Origin: Bigelowiella natans CCMP2755
Lineage: Eukaryota; Protista; Cercozoa
NCBI GenBank assembly: GCA_000320545.1
Contig: ADNK01001387.1
Span: 1-64,000 of the forward strand
Direction of reading: 5' to 3'
DNA length: 64,000 nt
How positions within the stretch are numbered: position 1 is the first letter of the stretch; each line of letters begins with the position of its first letter. The notes under the pieces were generated by a model. The model made no database searches. It saw only the letters and a program-made list of their open reading frames with translations, and had not been told where the DNA came from. Positions 41,200 to 53,389 of this stretch are shown piece after piece. A program made the position numbers and the translations under genes.

Positions 41200-43560
41200 T
41201 TGCTCGTCTGTCTGCGTGTTGCTTGTGTGTTAGGTGTGTAGGATGTGTGATTTGTTTTTCTTGAATGCAGTGAAGGACAGCACTAAATGGTAGTTTACTC
41301 ACCTACTACATGTAAGTTGATGATGATGTCCTCTCTCTCTCTCTCTCTTTCTCTTGCTCCACTTCGTTGTTGTTATGAGATGTGTGACTACTAGATCTAG
41401 AGTGAACAATGGACGATTTTGGGCAATTTCTGCCCACTGCGTTTCTGCCGCTAGCTTGCAACTGCGACAAACACTGCACGTGTCATGTCGCAAGTCGCAA
41501 GTCGCAAGTCGCAAACTCAGCTAGCAAACTCGAGACCCACATCGCAAATTGGTGCTGCCAATGACGGATTTCCTGGAGCACTCATTTTCCACAATGGACA
41601 CAGCAATGTGTTGTGTGCACTTTGCATGTCCATCATTTCCCACTGAAAACGACCAAACACAGAGGGTTGTGGGAAATGGGCGCCCACGCGGCATCCAAGT
41701 GAGCTGTTCTCAGTTGTCAAACTCAAAGAAGTCGAAGGTCCAGAAACGTGCACACTGCGCTGCACCAGTGTCGGACACAATGAGCACTTCACTTGTTTGT
41801 TCGTTCGTGTGTCACGTGCACGTTCCTGGGCTCGTTCACGATCCTTTCGCTTTGCACGATGACGCTTTGAACCACTTCATCACTGCAACAAAAGGCAAAT
41901 CGAGGGTGAAGGAGGCAGGTCACAATCGTGAACACAGCTGGACAGTGACGTGGTGTTGCGTGTCTGTTGTCACAAGTTTTGGCCCGACCTAGCGACGTTC
42001 TTCAGTTTCACGAGTCCCAGCATGCAAACGGAGTTTTGGTGACACTCCTGATGTGCTGTGACAACTCGAAGAGCCTTGACCCACCCATTGCTGTCAGAAG
42101 CATGATGGTTGGCGGTGCGCAATGCAGGCGACTGGCATGGTTGGGTGGAGGCAGGAAGGCAGGGGAGAACAGCTGGACAAGCAGCTGTCTCAGATCTGTG
42201 TTGATGATGACGTGACGTTTCATGCACGTCACACAATGTCAACATTCATCAAGGCGAAATCGCCTGAAGTGGTGTGCGCGCCGGCAGCGCTGAACATTGG
42301 CAGCGGGCGAAACAGCCCGATGACACGTGAGAGGCTGGCTCTCATTGGTCAACAGCCACTGCACGCATTGTCGCGGCAGTTCATCGAAGTCGCACATTGC
42401 ACTTCGGCTGCATTCTCAACTGTGTGCGTGTTGCTTGTCGCAGCCAATGAACGCCCGCAGATTGCTCTGGCGTTGCTGCTGCTGGTGCAAGCATGCACTG
42501 CGCGGTCTGGATGCAAAGCATTCCAACGCTTGCCATTGGCGCGCTGGTGGCAGTGTGCAACGAGAGAGAGTCGAACGTCAAGCACCAAACGTTGAGCAAA
42601 GCGTTGGTGCAAGGAACCACACGAGCAAGAACCACATGGGCTTGCACAAGCACGTGGCAGCGCCCAAATGAGAGTCATTGCGAGGAGTTGTGAGCACACT
42701 GTTGGTGTTGACACAACTGGCCAACACCAGCCTGGCAACGCCCATCACCAGCTCAACTGAGGGAGCTGAGGACGATGAACTGGCTGGCTGGGGCTGGGTG
42801 CCCTGTTCACCAATTGAAGGTGCAACCAGAACGCATCCCAGGTTTGGCTGACGCTGCTCACCTCGATCGGGTTCGCCAGTCTAGCAGTGGAAACCAGGAG
42901 CACTGAGATGGAGTCATCAAACTGGTGCACACACAGCACAAGCGTGTTGCAAGAAAATCGAGCTGAACAATGGTTCGACGAAAGCTCAGAACAATGAACA
43001 ATGAACAATGAACAAAGCGTTGATCAAATCCACACGCGCCAGAACCACGTGGGAGACAGAAAGGCCCTGTCGATTTCTTTGTCGGTCGAAGGCACACCAA
43101 AGGTGCCAGGTGGCCCCTGTTGAGCAAGGAACAACTTTTCTTTGGAGGCACGCTGGCACGGCATCGAAGGCACCCCAGTGACAACGTTGTGGGGAAAGGG
43201 CGGGGAGGGGGCTAAAAGGCAGCAAGCTTCAGTCAACAGGGCGCAACTCGAGAGTCACTCCAGTTTTTTTCGTTCGAGTTTTTTCAAGCGCCGTGCACCC
43301 AAAAATGATGACACACGTCAACGCTTCTGAAAGGCCATGGACTCACTTTTGGTTGTTTCCCGTTGAAAACGACCAAAACAATGAAACATTTTTTCATCAA
43401 ATCGCAAAACAACAAACACATCCAAGCCATTTCGTAATGCGTCACAGATTTGAAGAGCTCATGCACAGTTCGACGTTACATTTTGGGAGTTATGAATGGC
43501 CCTCAAAACACCAGTAAAGGAGACCAAACACACGTCGCACTGAGCTAGTGGCCACAACAA
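41200..43560. other. Strongest TpA-depleted island
   Basis: About 6 TA in 41401-43440 by hand count (4 CTAG, 1 CTAA, 1 GTAA at the edge), against on the order of 100 expected. CpG is abundant. Confidence 0.95.
41676..43000 (+). pseudogene. Probable intron-containing gene or pseudogene with Tyr codons converted to His or Cys
   Basis: ATG GGC GCC..AA followed by a gtgag donor. Intron-like gtgagcacac..caccag (~42691-42730). Protein-like fragments LDKQLSQICVDDDVTFHARHTMSTFIKAKSPEVVCAPAALNIGSGRNSP and LATPITSSTEGAEDDELAGWGWVP. No Tyr occurs in any frame. Confidence 0.4.
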
Positions 43561-43803
43561 CATGAGCTACAAGGTTTCTTGTGATCACAATCTTGTTGGT
43601 TCAAATGGCGAAAACCGCAAGTGCGACAAGCTCACTGCATGTCGTTAAAGTGAACTGGAATCACTATTTTCAACCGGATGCCTGTCCTCGCTCCCCCCGA
43701 CCATGCCACATGTCACCCGTTGATGACCAGCATCCTTTCCATGACTCCCGTCCTGTAATGCAGAAAAATACACACTGAGCCGCTTGCTCCCTGCGATAGC
43801 ACC

Positions 43804-46800
43804 ATGCGCTGGAACTCGGGGTTGTTTTGGATCCCATTTCTTGCTTGGTATGCACCTCGGCAAGGCGAAGGGGCAATTCTCTATCATCTTGCGTCCTACA
43901 GTAGTTACACACAGTCTCCCATCAAAACTCCGGTCTCCTCAAACCGCTATGATCAAACGTAAGTGCTGCATCAGTCACGAACTATCACGAGTATTCTATT
44001 ATCGTTATCAGCCACATGAAATTGAAGTTCTTGTAAAAATCTTTTGAGAAATTCTACGAGTATGAAGTACACAGTTCTCACAAAGACAAGACGAAATGTT
44101 TTTTCCTTTTCAGGTACATGTTCTGGATGACAGCTGAGTCGAATGGTCGGCAGAATCCAATACATGCGGGGGCTCGTTATGAGGGAACGATTATAATTGA
44201 ACCTGATTTGTCATTGACTTATTATTACGGGCCTGGGACTGGAGATTTGAAAACTAGTTTTTCCAGTGGCGCAGTGGTACAGTCTTATGATATTGCTGTA
44301 TTATTTGTAGCGTTTACCTGACGAGAAAAACTTGCTCTGACGTATAAATACGGTTTTATTACCAACAAGTATGCGAACTCAAAGTGTAGAAATGCATCAC
44401 ACATACATACACAGATTGACGTTTCATCGAATTTCATAATAGCGACGTGTGGTGGCAATAATGCAGATTACCTGGAATAAGTGGATGCACGTGGCCGTGA
44501 CTCGCCAGATCACATCGACACCAAGAAAGCTCTGCTGGTATATAAACGGAAACTTAACGGCCACACAAGATGCTCCATACGCAGTGGTAGTAGATATCCT
44601 TTAGGAACAATTTGCACGATGTCTGCCTTCCTACCAGTGGCGATCTAAACGCAAGAATAACCTTAATAATATTAAAAAAAAAAAAGAGAGAGAAAGTAGA
44701 GGTGGCTGTTGTGCATGCAGTCGCGGCTAAGGCTCAGGGGTTCATGTGAGACTAGGTATAAATCCTCGTGCATAAACTGGAAATACCTTTCAAAAGGCTG
44801 GGCAATGGTCGGGGAATGCAAATCATTTCATTGGTGGGGGGGGCTGGTTGAACGATTTCAAAGGCAAGATGCGAGGATTCTATATTTACGATGAAGCTTT
44901 AAGTCAAGCACAAATCCAGGCCGCCATGACTCGGGTATTAGCATGAGTACAGTTGTACACACAAATGCTAGAATATGCGTATAAAATTGAACTAGCGAAT
45001 AAGTCAACAATATAATATATAATTTGGAAAAAGAGCCTTCCTTCTGCTAATATGGCCTGTCTATCCGGTGATGGAAATCCGCCACTGCCATAAACCAGAT
45101 AGTTCAAAGAATACTTTCTAATGTTGTTTTTTGAACAAACATCACAGGACAGCCCATACGTAGCTCTGTCTGCAGTCGGTATGCGCTTTAGCTATATTTC
45201 AGTGGATACTAAAAATTAATAAATGCCTAGAAAAGGCAAACTCGCACATGGAGTTGAAAAACTGGAGCCATGACTCGCCCTTTTGCATTCATAATCGGGT
45301 GTTTTTCCCAATATTTTTTTCCAATATATGTACGTTTGAAATGCATAAGGAGTAGTGCAGTCTAAATGGGATTCTTCTCATCACCCTTCCAATGACAGTG
45401 AGAATTATCACAACTATATCCTTCTTTGCTAGGTGAAATGAGGCGGACTTCCGCGAATTCCAGCTCATGGAAGCACGTCTCACTCGCACAGGTAGGGATG
45501 TATTTGGACAAAATCCGTGCAAGCTTTTTCTTTCCGAGAGGCGATAGTTACGACGATGAAATGACCAAATGATAATCCAACGGGGTCGGGAGCTCGCTCC
45601 TGCGAGAAAGATTATTCTTTTATATCATCTGACTCGCGAGCATTAATCTCTATTCTTGCAAGTGACAACTGTTACGCTCGCGTATAGCTAGTGATATACG
45701 AAAACTATTCTGCTCTCATAACCAAAGCATATGCCCTCCCCCTCACACCCCGTCCTCCGTCAGAGCTACACCGACCCTATCTTAGTCATAGGGGACCCCA
45801 CAAACTTCGATTCGCGAATTTTCGGATGGAGAGTGAAGGACGTGGCGGAAAGCTCATTTGCGGTGAAGGGTTTCGGCGACGATGCTCACACAGGCAGCGA
45901 GGAGTTACACTATATAGTACTAGACAGAGGGGATCATATGATTGACGGTGTGCGGTTTCTCGCTGGTAAGACTACTGGGCAGTATAAATTCGAAGTGCAA
46001 TTCCATCCCCCCTTCAGGTCTGCTCCATATTTCATGCCGTTTATTCGCAGCTTCAATCAGGAAGGCTGGATGGAGGTGCGCGGCTACCAAATCACTGCGG
46101 GCGGCGCGTGGATTTCCATCAGCCCTGTTGAGAGCATCAGGAAAGGACCCTCCGCGGCAGTTAGTGAAACGGTTTCTTGGATTGCGTTTGAGCGCAGCCC
46201 TGCGACCTTCCGATCTGGCTCGTACGTGTCGGCTCTTGGGAGTTTCAACTCAAAGTATCAGGAATGTGCCCCTACCAATGGAAGTGCACCGACCACCAAC
46301 ATATCCATCTTAGGGGTAACTTCTCCCCAGGCCGTATTCATCGTCAAGATAATGTCGAGGAATGGGGTCGACCCTATCACTGCTCGTTGGATGCGAAAGG
46401 CGCCTAGCTCTCCATCCCTCGACGTTTGCTGGAATGAAGATAGGACATTTGACGATGACCTAGCCCACAACCTGGAGAGTTTTGTCGTGCTGGCTCAGAA
46501 TAGTAGTGCCGTAATTCATACCTCCTCGCCAACATCAGCGCCATCGATATCACCCACTCGCTCCCCCACTGTAAGTCTCGCGTTTAACAAGCCCACGGAG
46601 CAGTCAAGTACCGCACAAAACAGGCAATCTTCCAAGGCTGTGGATGGAAATCCAGATCCACGGATGGAAGAGGGATCATGCTCCCAAACCGAGAACGGGC
46701 ATGCGAACCCTTTCAACATCCTAAACAGCGAGGAGGTGCGTCCTGGCGTGAATGTCAACCGTGGGTCTGTGAGGACGGTAGGACCGTACATCCTCGAGTT

Positions 46801-47006
46801 CAAACTCAAAGTAATGGGAATTGTGAGTGGCTGGGGAAGCATCGTGCACTTCACAACCAAGGATAACTGCTGCAAGAACGGCGACCGAGTAATTTATCAC
46901 TCCCGTAGATCTAGACACAAATCTCTCTCTCTACCCCCCCGCACCTCCCCCCTTCTCTCTACCCCTCTCCTACACATAACTGACCAAACCCGATCCTGTT
47001 TGTTAA

Positions 47007-47072
<66 letters not shown>

Positions 47073-50000
47073 TTGTGTGTGTGATTTTTGTATTGATGAC
47101 GAGCCTGTGACTAAACCCACCTCCTCCACAGGTGCCTGGTATATGGTTGAAGCCAGGGACGAGCAAGCTCCACTTCCGTACCGGAACTAGCCCGAATAGT
47201 AACGATGGTTGCGACCCGACTGAATCCCTCGGCCTGAACCGCTACTACTCCATCAAGATGGAGGTTTATCAGAATAGCACCATCAAGATCTTCTACGATG
47301 GAAGGCAAGTGTGCAGCAGGACGATGTCCGGGGCCATCTACCCTGCAGGTAGCATCGTCACCGTATACGTTGGTGACCCCTGGCACACATCGCCCAACGC
47401 AATGCTGAAGGATCTGTCCTACCGCAAGAATGATCCGAACAAGCGCCTACTCGGCACTACCGATATGCTTCAAGGGATGACCTGGTGGAGAGTCAACTTG
47501 CTAGCGGTCTACCCAATCGCTATCGTGCGGGTCATGAGTCGAGGGGATTGCTGCGCCGATGAGCTCCGAGGCTTCCAAGTGCAAATCAGCAATAGCGTGA
47601 ATAATGCCAGCTACATCTGCAATCCCAGCGGGTAAGTGGCTCAAATTAGAATGATGTTGATGCTGATGTTGTGATAGCATTGTAGTAGCCATGATTACAA
47701 TAGTCATTAGTATTGCGACGATATCTGTATTGTTGGTTAGATGAAGGGCAGAGTTCTCTCGTTGTTCATTTTATGCTGGTGTTTGTATTGCTACTCTAAC
47801 GATCAGGGCTGGAGAAACGCCTCTAGCAGAGTGGTACTACGTCTCTTGTCCTTCGGTCTCTGGCGATGTAGTCACCATAATAAGAAACAACACAAATGCG
47901 TCTCTATCGCTCTGCGAGGTTGAAGTGTTTAGCCACGGGCACAACATCACCGTAGCGCCTACTCGATCTCCTATCACTTCCTCACCGACATCGTCACCTC
48001 TGACACAGTCACCAGCAACGATGACTCCCACATGTTCCCCCCGTACAGATTCACCTTCTTGCACCCCAACGACATCGATGCCTACTACGAGGGCGCCTTC
48101 TTTCTCCCCGACGAGCTGCTCTCCAACTCTCTCCCCATCGAGCCTCGCTCCGACAAGCCTCGCGCCAACCTCGTGCGCACCCTCCAGCCTCTCACCATCA
48201 ACAACATCTCCCACATCAATCTCACCTAGCACATTGGCCCCATCGAGCCTCTCTCCGGCGACGATATCTCCAACACTTGAACCCCCAAAGGCGGTATTAG
48301 CCCAGCTTAACGACGCCGTGACTGCTTTGGTCGTTACGTTCTCTCGGGAAACGAATGCCCCCTCCTTGAGCTGCGACGAGTTGTTGTCCTCGAGCACGAT
48401 AAGCTTGCTTGGGGCAAGCCCGAGCTGCTTATGGAGGTCGCTCTCTGAGCTACAGGTGAATATAGGTCCTGGTTTTCGGGTTGAGTTGGGAAGTCTCATT
48501 GGGGTGAGAGGAGGCAAGATAATGGGAATCGAGCCAGGCGCCAATCTCCATAAAGAATCACACGCATTGCCGCTACGACCACCTACCAATCCCCCAGCAG
48601 TCGTTGCCTATGCGTACGGGCCGGAATTTATCGGTGCGTATATAGTCGAATGATGAAGTCTGACTAATATGCTAGATTTTTTTGTCTTGATATGATGCAA
48701 AAAACGCACCCTCGATAATACCGCATCACCCTGTAGAAGTGACATTGTTTACTTGTTGCCATTGCATTGTACAGGTGGATGCGCCGCGACAGTCGATCTC
48801 CGAGCCACCACCTCCGGCGCGGCAGGAAAAGAGATATCGCTAGAATGGAAATTTGTCGGTTCCTCGGAGCTTGAAGCTATCAATGCGACCGCCCAGAACT
48901 CCCTGAGCAGCATCGATGCTGGCATTGCCTTGCTGCCTCCCAGATTGTTTCATCTCCATCGAGCTTTGAAAAACATTACTAGCACCACTTTGCACAGGCT
49001 GCTTGAGCTCCCCGCCTTGAATCTGACCATGGATCAACATTACGATTTTGCTGTGAGAGCAACGAACTGGCTCGGGGACAGCGGCATATCGGAGATATTT
49101 CGTCTCCGGAAGGTAAAAGGCTTGTCACGGCCTACAATCTTCATGCCTTCTCCACTACAGATCACCGTTCAGCGCTCCCGCAAGCTCGGCATCAAGGTGC
49201 GAGTTAGGCCACCTTCATGTATGGAGTCAAGGATGCGTATGGGAGTGCAGGGCCTATGGACTGTATTAGCCAACATCGGTACGTACCATTGTCACTTCTA
49301 CCGACATCATCCTTAGTGATGTAACTTAGGCTTGTCAGTGCAAATACTCGGTATAATTTGTAATGTTTTCAAACACATACCGATGCCAGAAGGGCGGGGA
49401 TTTTGTTGTTTAAGGTTTGGGGTGTTAAGCCGCAAGATTCCTCTGCCCTGTGTTCGCGGCTCGTAGCTGCGCAATATATACTTTCCGCTATTGTTATTAA
49501 CCTCTTCATAGTACTGCAAGCCCTTTGATCCTTTTATAATTACAATACTGATGTATCTTTTGATTCCCATGCTTATCTAATTATGGATTTTACATCGCCA
49601 GATAATATCAAGATTCCTGACCCGGAAAGTCTATATCTCTCACTGCCTCCCAATACCCTTAGCGTGGGTCGCGATTACCATTTTAGGCTCTTTGTAAAGG
49701 CTGTTAATGTGCTCGGGCAGGAAACAGGCAATGCTAATGTAACCTTCACTGTGCGAGTGAAGGAGGAACCGGTGGTGGCGAAACTACGAGGCGGTATAAA
49801 GAGGGTTGTTTTCGTCGGTGATAGTAGTGGCCACTCGACGGGTAGCGTCTTGAGCATTGATGCCTCAGGAAGTCGGGACCCCATTTACCCGGAGAACATC
49901 CTAATGTACAACGCAACAGTCTTTGACACTAGGACGGGGGTCAAGGCAGCCTCGGTCACTTCCGTACTACCCAAGATGCAATTTCGTTCAGAACGGCTTA

Positions 50001-52815
50001 CGGCGGGGAGCGAGTACCGAATTGCTTTAAATGTGAGCAGTGTGGATGGCTCTGGCAGAAGAGATACGAGATACGCCCTCGCCACCCAGTTGATCCAGAC
50101 GACATCGGAGAGAGTGCCAATATTCAGCATCACTTCCTCTGGCAAATCCTCGCTCGAGTCGTTTAACACCGATTCGAAGCTCTCTCTCAGCGCCGTGTTT
50201 AACCCCGCTGGGCCGTCTCCTCTTGCCGGTTCCTTCAACTGGTCATGGACATGGGATTCACCGAACTTTCCGGGCATGGACTTTTCCCAGCTTCTAACAC
50301 CTCCCGACGGCTCCTCGCCCAACTTGGTTCTAATGCCAAGAGCCTTGACTCCCGGCTACACGTACACATTCACGTTCACGGCTAGGTCGAACGCGACCGG
50401 CAGCGTGGCTTCTGCCTCGATAGCGATCGTAACGAATCTTCCCCCCTCCCTTGGCCAATGTACCATCACACCAAGCCAAGGCATGGCTTTGATTACCGAC
50501 TTCCGACTGAGTTGCCACGGCTGGAGTGACACCGACCTTCCCCTACAATATCGTTTCGAGCAGGTAAGTTCTCCTGGGGGCACCGCCCTTTCAACACCAG
50601 CTCTCGCATTGCCTACTACGCAGCAGGGAGGAGGGGAGGAGGAAGAACCAAGCTACTTCCAGCTTTGTGACTGGAGGTTGCTGGAGGAATGTGTCACTCA
50701 GCTTCCTGCACCAGAAAAACCGGGGGCACTGCTAAATGTACGGGCAACAGTTGCCGACTTTTTAGGCGCTAACGCGTACACAAATGTGGTCGCAAATGTC
50801 ACCCAGGCACGGGACTTGCAGATAGCAGATGTGACTGGGAGGCTGCTCGATTCGTTCGGCTCTGGGGACCTCCAAAGCCTCGCGGTTGGAATCCTGGGCT
50901 CGATGTCCTACCTTAGATCACCGCTAGGCAAAGATTCAAACAACGCCACTTCAGTTGGCAAGTTTCGCGAGGAAATTCTTGGAATGCTCGCTACGCTATC
51001 ACCAGCTAGAGGAGATGGATCCGCCAGGCAGCTGAGTCCTTCAAACGCTGCCTCATTGTTAGCCATTGTAACAGATTTTACAAGTCCTCAGGAACTTACT
51101 GGATCAGCCGTGGGGTCTGCAATTTCACTACTTGATGACATAAATTCCAAGCTCTTAGGTCGAAAAAGCAACGATAGCATTGATGGCCAGATGCTCGTAA
51201 CAACAACGAGTGCTCAGGCAGAGCAGGAGGAGGAGGAGGAGAGTGATGGGAACGCTGCTGAGACTGTTCGAAACTCGTTAACTACGTTGTCCAATCTCAT
51301 CTCTGCCACAGCCGCATACAAGCAAGATCAATCAGCGTTGCCGTTATCGTCGGTTTCTTCGTCAACATCAGGTCGCTTGGAGTCGGTCGCTTCAGCATCT
51401 GCTTACGCTCTCGCCGCGCGAACCATGCCTGGCGAGAAAATCTCCCGAGCGAAAGCAGCGTCTGCCCCAGGCCGGGTTCCAATTGAACTCGCTTCGATTA
51501 AGCTTAGCAGCACCGAGGAAGAAACTCTTATCGACGGACTCCTCACCCGCGTCGTTCTCCCCCCAATTTCCTCACTGACATCGCTAATTGGAAATGAAGA
51601 AAGGAGCGGAGTAGGTGCGACGTTCGTCGTCTCCGCTGTAGGATTTCAAGGCTCAGCTGTTTTCCCCGTCACGAATACAACGTTGGCCGATGTTAACGCG
51701 AATTCCACCGCAGATGACAACATGAAGACGAGGCTAAAGAGTAGCAGCGGCCTCTACGTCGGAGGCTTGATAGTGATCGAAATTCGTAATGAGAGCGCAG
51801 GGGGGGGGGCTCTCAAGATCACAAATGCGTCCAAGCCCATTCGCTTTGAAGTTCCTGCAGGTCAAAACCTCTCACACTTCTCTGGCGGTAGGGTGGCAAT
51901 ACGGGACATGATGGTGCCTGTTTGTATGTACTGGAACGATGAAACCAGGCACTGGAGTCGTGATGGCGTCTGGGCCCTGAACTTTTCCGAGACTACTAAC
52001 TCAACAGTATGCGAAACACGCCATCTTACCAGCTTCACCAGCGATGCAGCCTTTAGAGTTGAGGTAAAGAACAACACCTTTCCATTTTATGTCAGTGCGC
52101 TTGTTCAGCGATAGCTATCAACAGCTTTCACCACAGCAAGGTCATCATCATCCTTATTTTTTGCCTCCTAAATTACAATCAGGTAAACCAGATCTCAGCA
52201 GAGGACGTCAGTTTCGATGCGTTGGACCCGACACAGAATCCAGTTATGGGCCTCCTCATTGCAATCGTGGGCTGCTTCCTGCTAGCTCAACCGCTCGTGT
52301 GTGCCCTAGACCATAGAGATGAATTCAGCACCAAGATTGGCTCAGCGAAAGAAACGCAGAGGATCCAAAATGAGAAGGATTTTTGGATGGGCAAAAACCA
52401 CATCCAGTATATCAAGGTACAACTGAAAATAGAAGGACAGTATTTCATTCATTTCGATGGTTAATGTCCCTAGTCGCCGTCGTATTGGCAGTAATTTTTA
52501 CCAGTGGGGTTTAGAGCAGGGGGGGGAGAGCAGAGCAGGCCTTTAGTGTTCTTTTTAAGAGAGGCAAAATGGCGAAAGTAGTGTCCTCTTTTCGAGATTG
52601 TCGTCAGTGTGTTTAGACGACAGCAGCGGGAAGGAGGAGGAGCTAGACATTAGTATAACTCACAAATCGATGATGGTTTCAACTTGCTATTATGGCAGTC
52701 GAAGGCTGATCGCGAGTGGAAAGGTTTTGCTCAAGCTACAATATGGGGAATACGACAACGCCATCCATGGTTCAGTGTCCTATTTCATCATCCAGGTGTA
52801 CAAGTCTATGAGCGG

Positions 52816-52870
<55 letters not shown>

Positions 52871-53353
52871 CGTTTTTAAGTGAATGCACTTGTACATAAG
52901 AGATAATGATCTCTGTAGAGCTGGGGACGGTGTCGGTCGAATCTGTTTCACATCATGTTCAGCTGCAGCATTATCAGGATTATTGCCATCATCCGGCATT
53001 GCCTACAGTTTCACCTTCAATCGTCTATAATCATGCGAAATCGTAATCGCAGGAGACTTCATGAATTCGCAGAAACGCTCGTGGGTTCTTCTCATTCTGA
53101 CACTCAACGCATCGGTTGTGTGCGCCCTGCTCGCCGGGACAAACCAGAGGCTAGGTGTTCTCCAAGGAAACGTTGCGATGGCAATTGTCGCTAGCACGCT
53201 ATCCTTCCCGATTCCTTACGTTCTGTCCTCGATCTTCTTGCGAGGAACGCCGGAGGAGTTTCGAGTCAAGTGGAAACGATCAAAGTAATACTTGAGATTG
53301 GTTGTGAGGGAAAGCGTGTAGCACTCGAACGAATACATGACATACACGCACCG

Positions 53354-53389
<36 letters not shown>

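Noticed and set aside
41299-43517. Dense stack of overlapping His/Cys-rich ORFs in all six frames (also at 19943-21470, 55758-56589 and 10616-11092)
   Set aside because: A by-product of TpA loss: TAA and TAG stops disappear and Tyr codons become His or Cys. This is not evidence of overlapping genes or metal-binding proteins.
41200-43560. CpG-methylation decay or classical RIP as the cause of the CA/TG excess
   Set aside because: CpG remains abundant and TpA, which RIP produces, is what is missing.
47837-48589. 250-aa minus-strand ORF rich in VG/DG/GE repeats
   Set aside because: It is the antisense shadow of the Ser/Thr/Pro mucin-like stalk of the polycystin-like gene.
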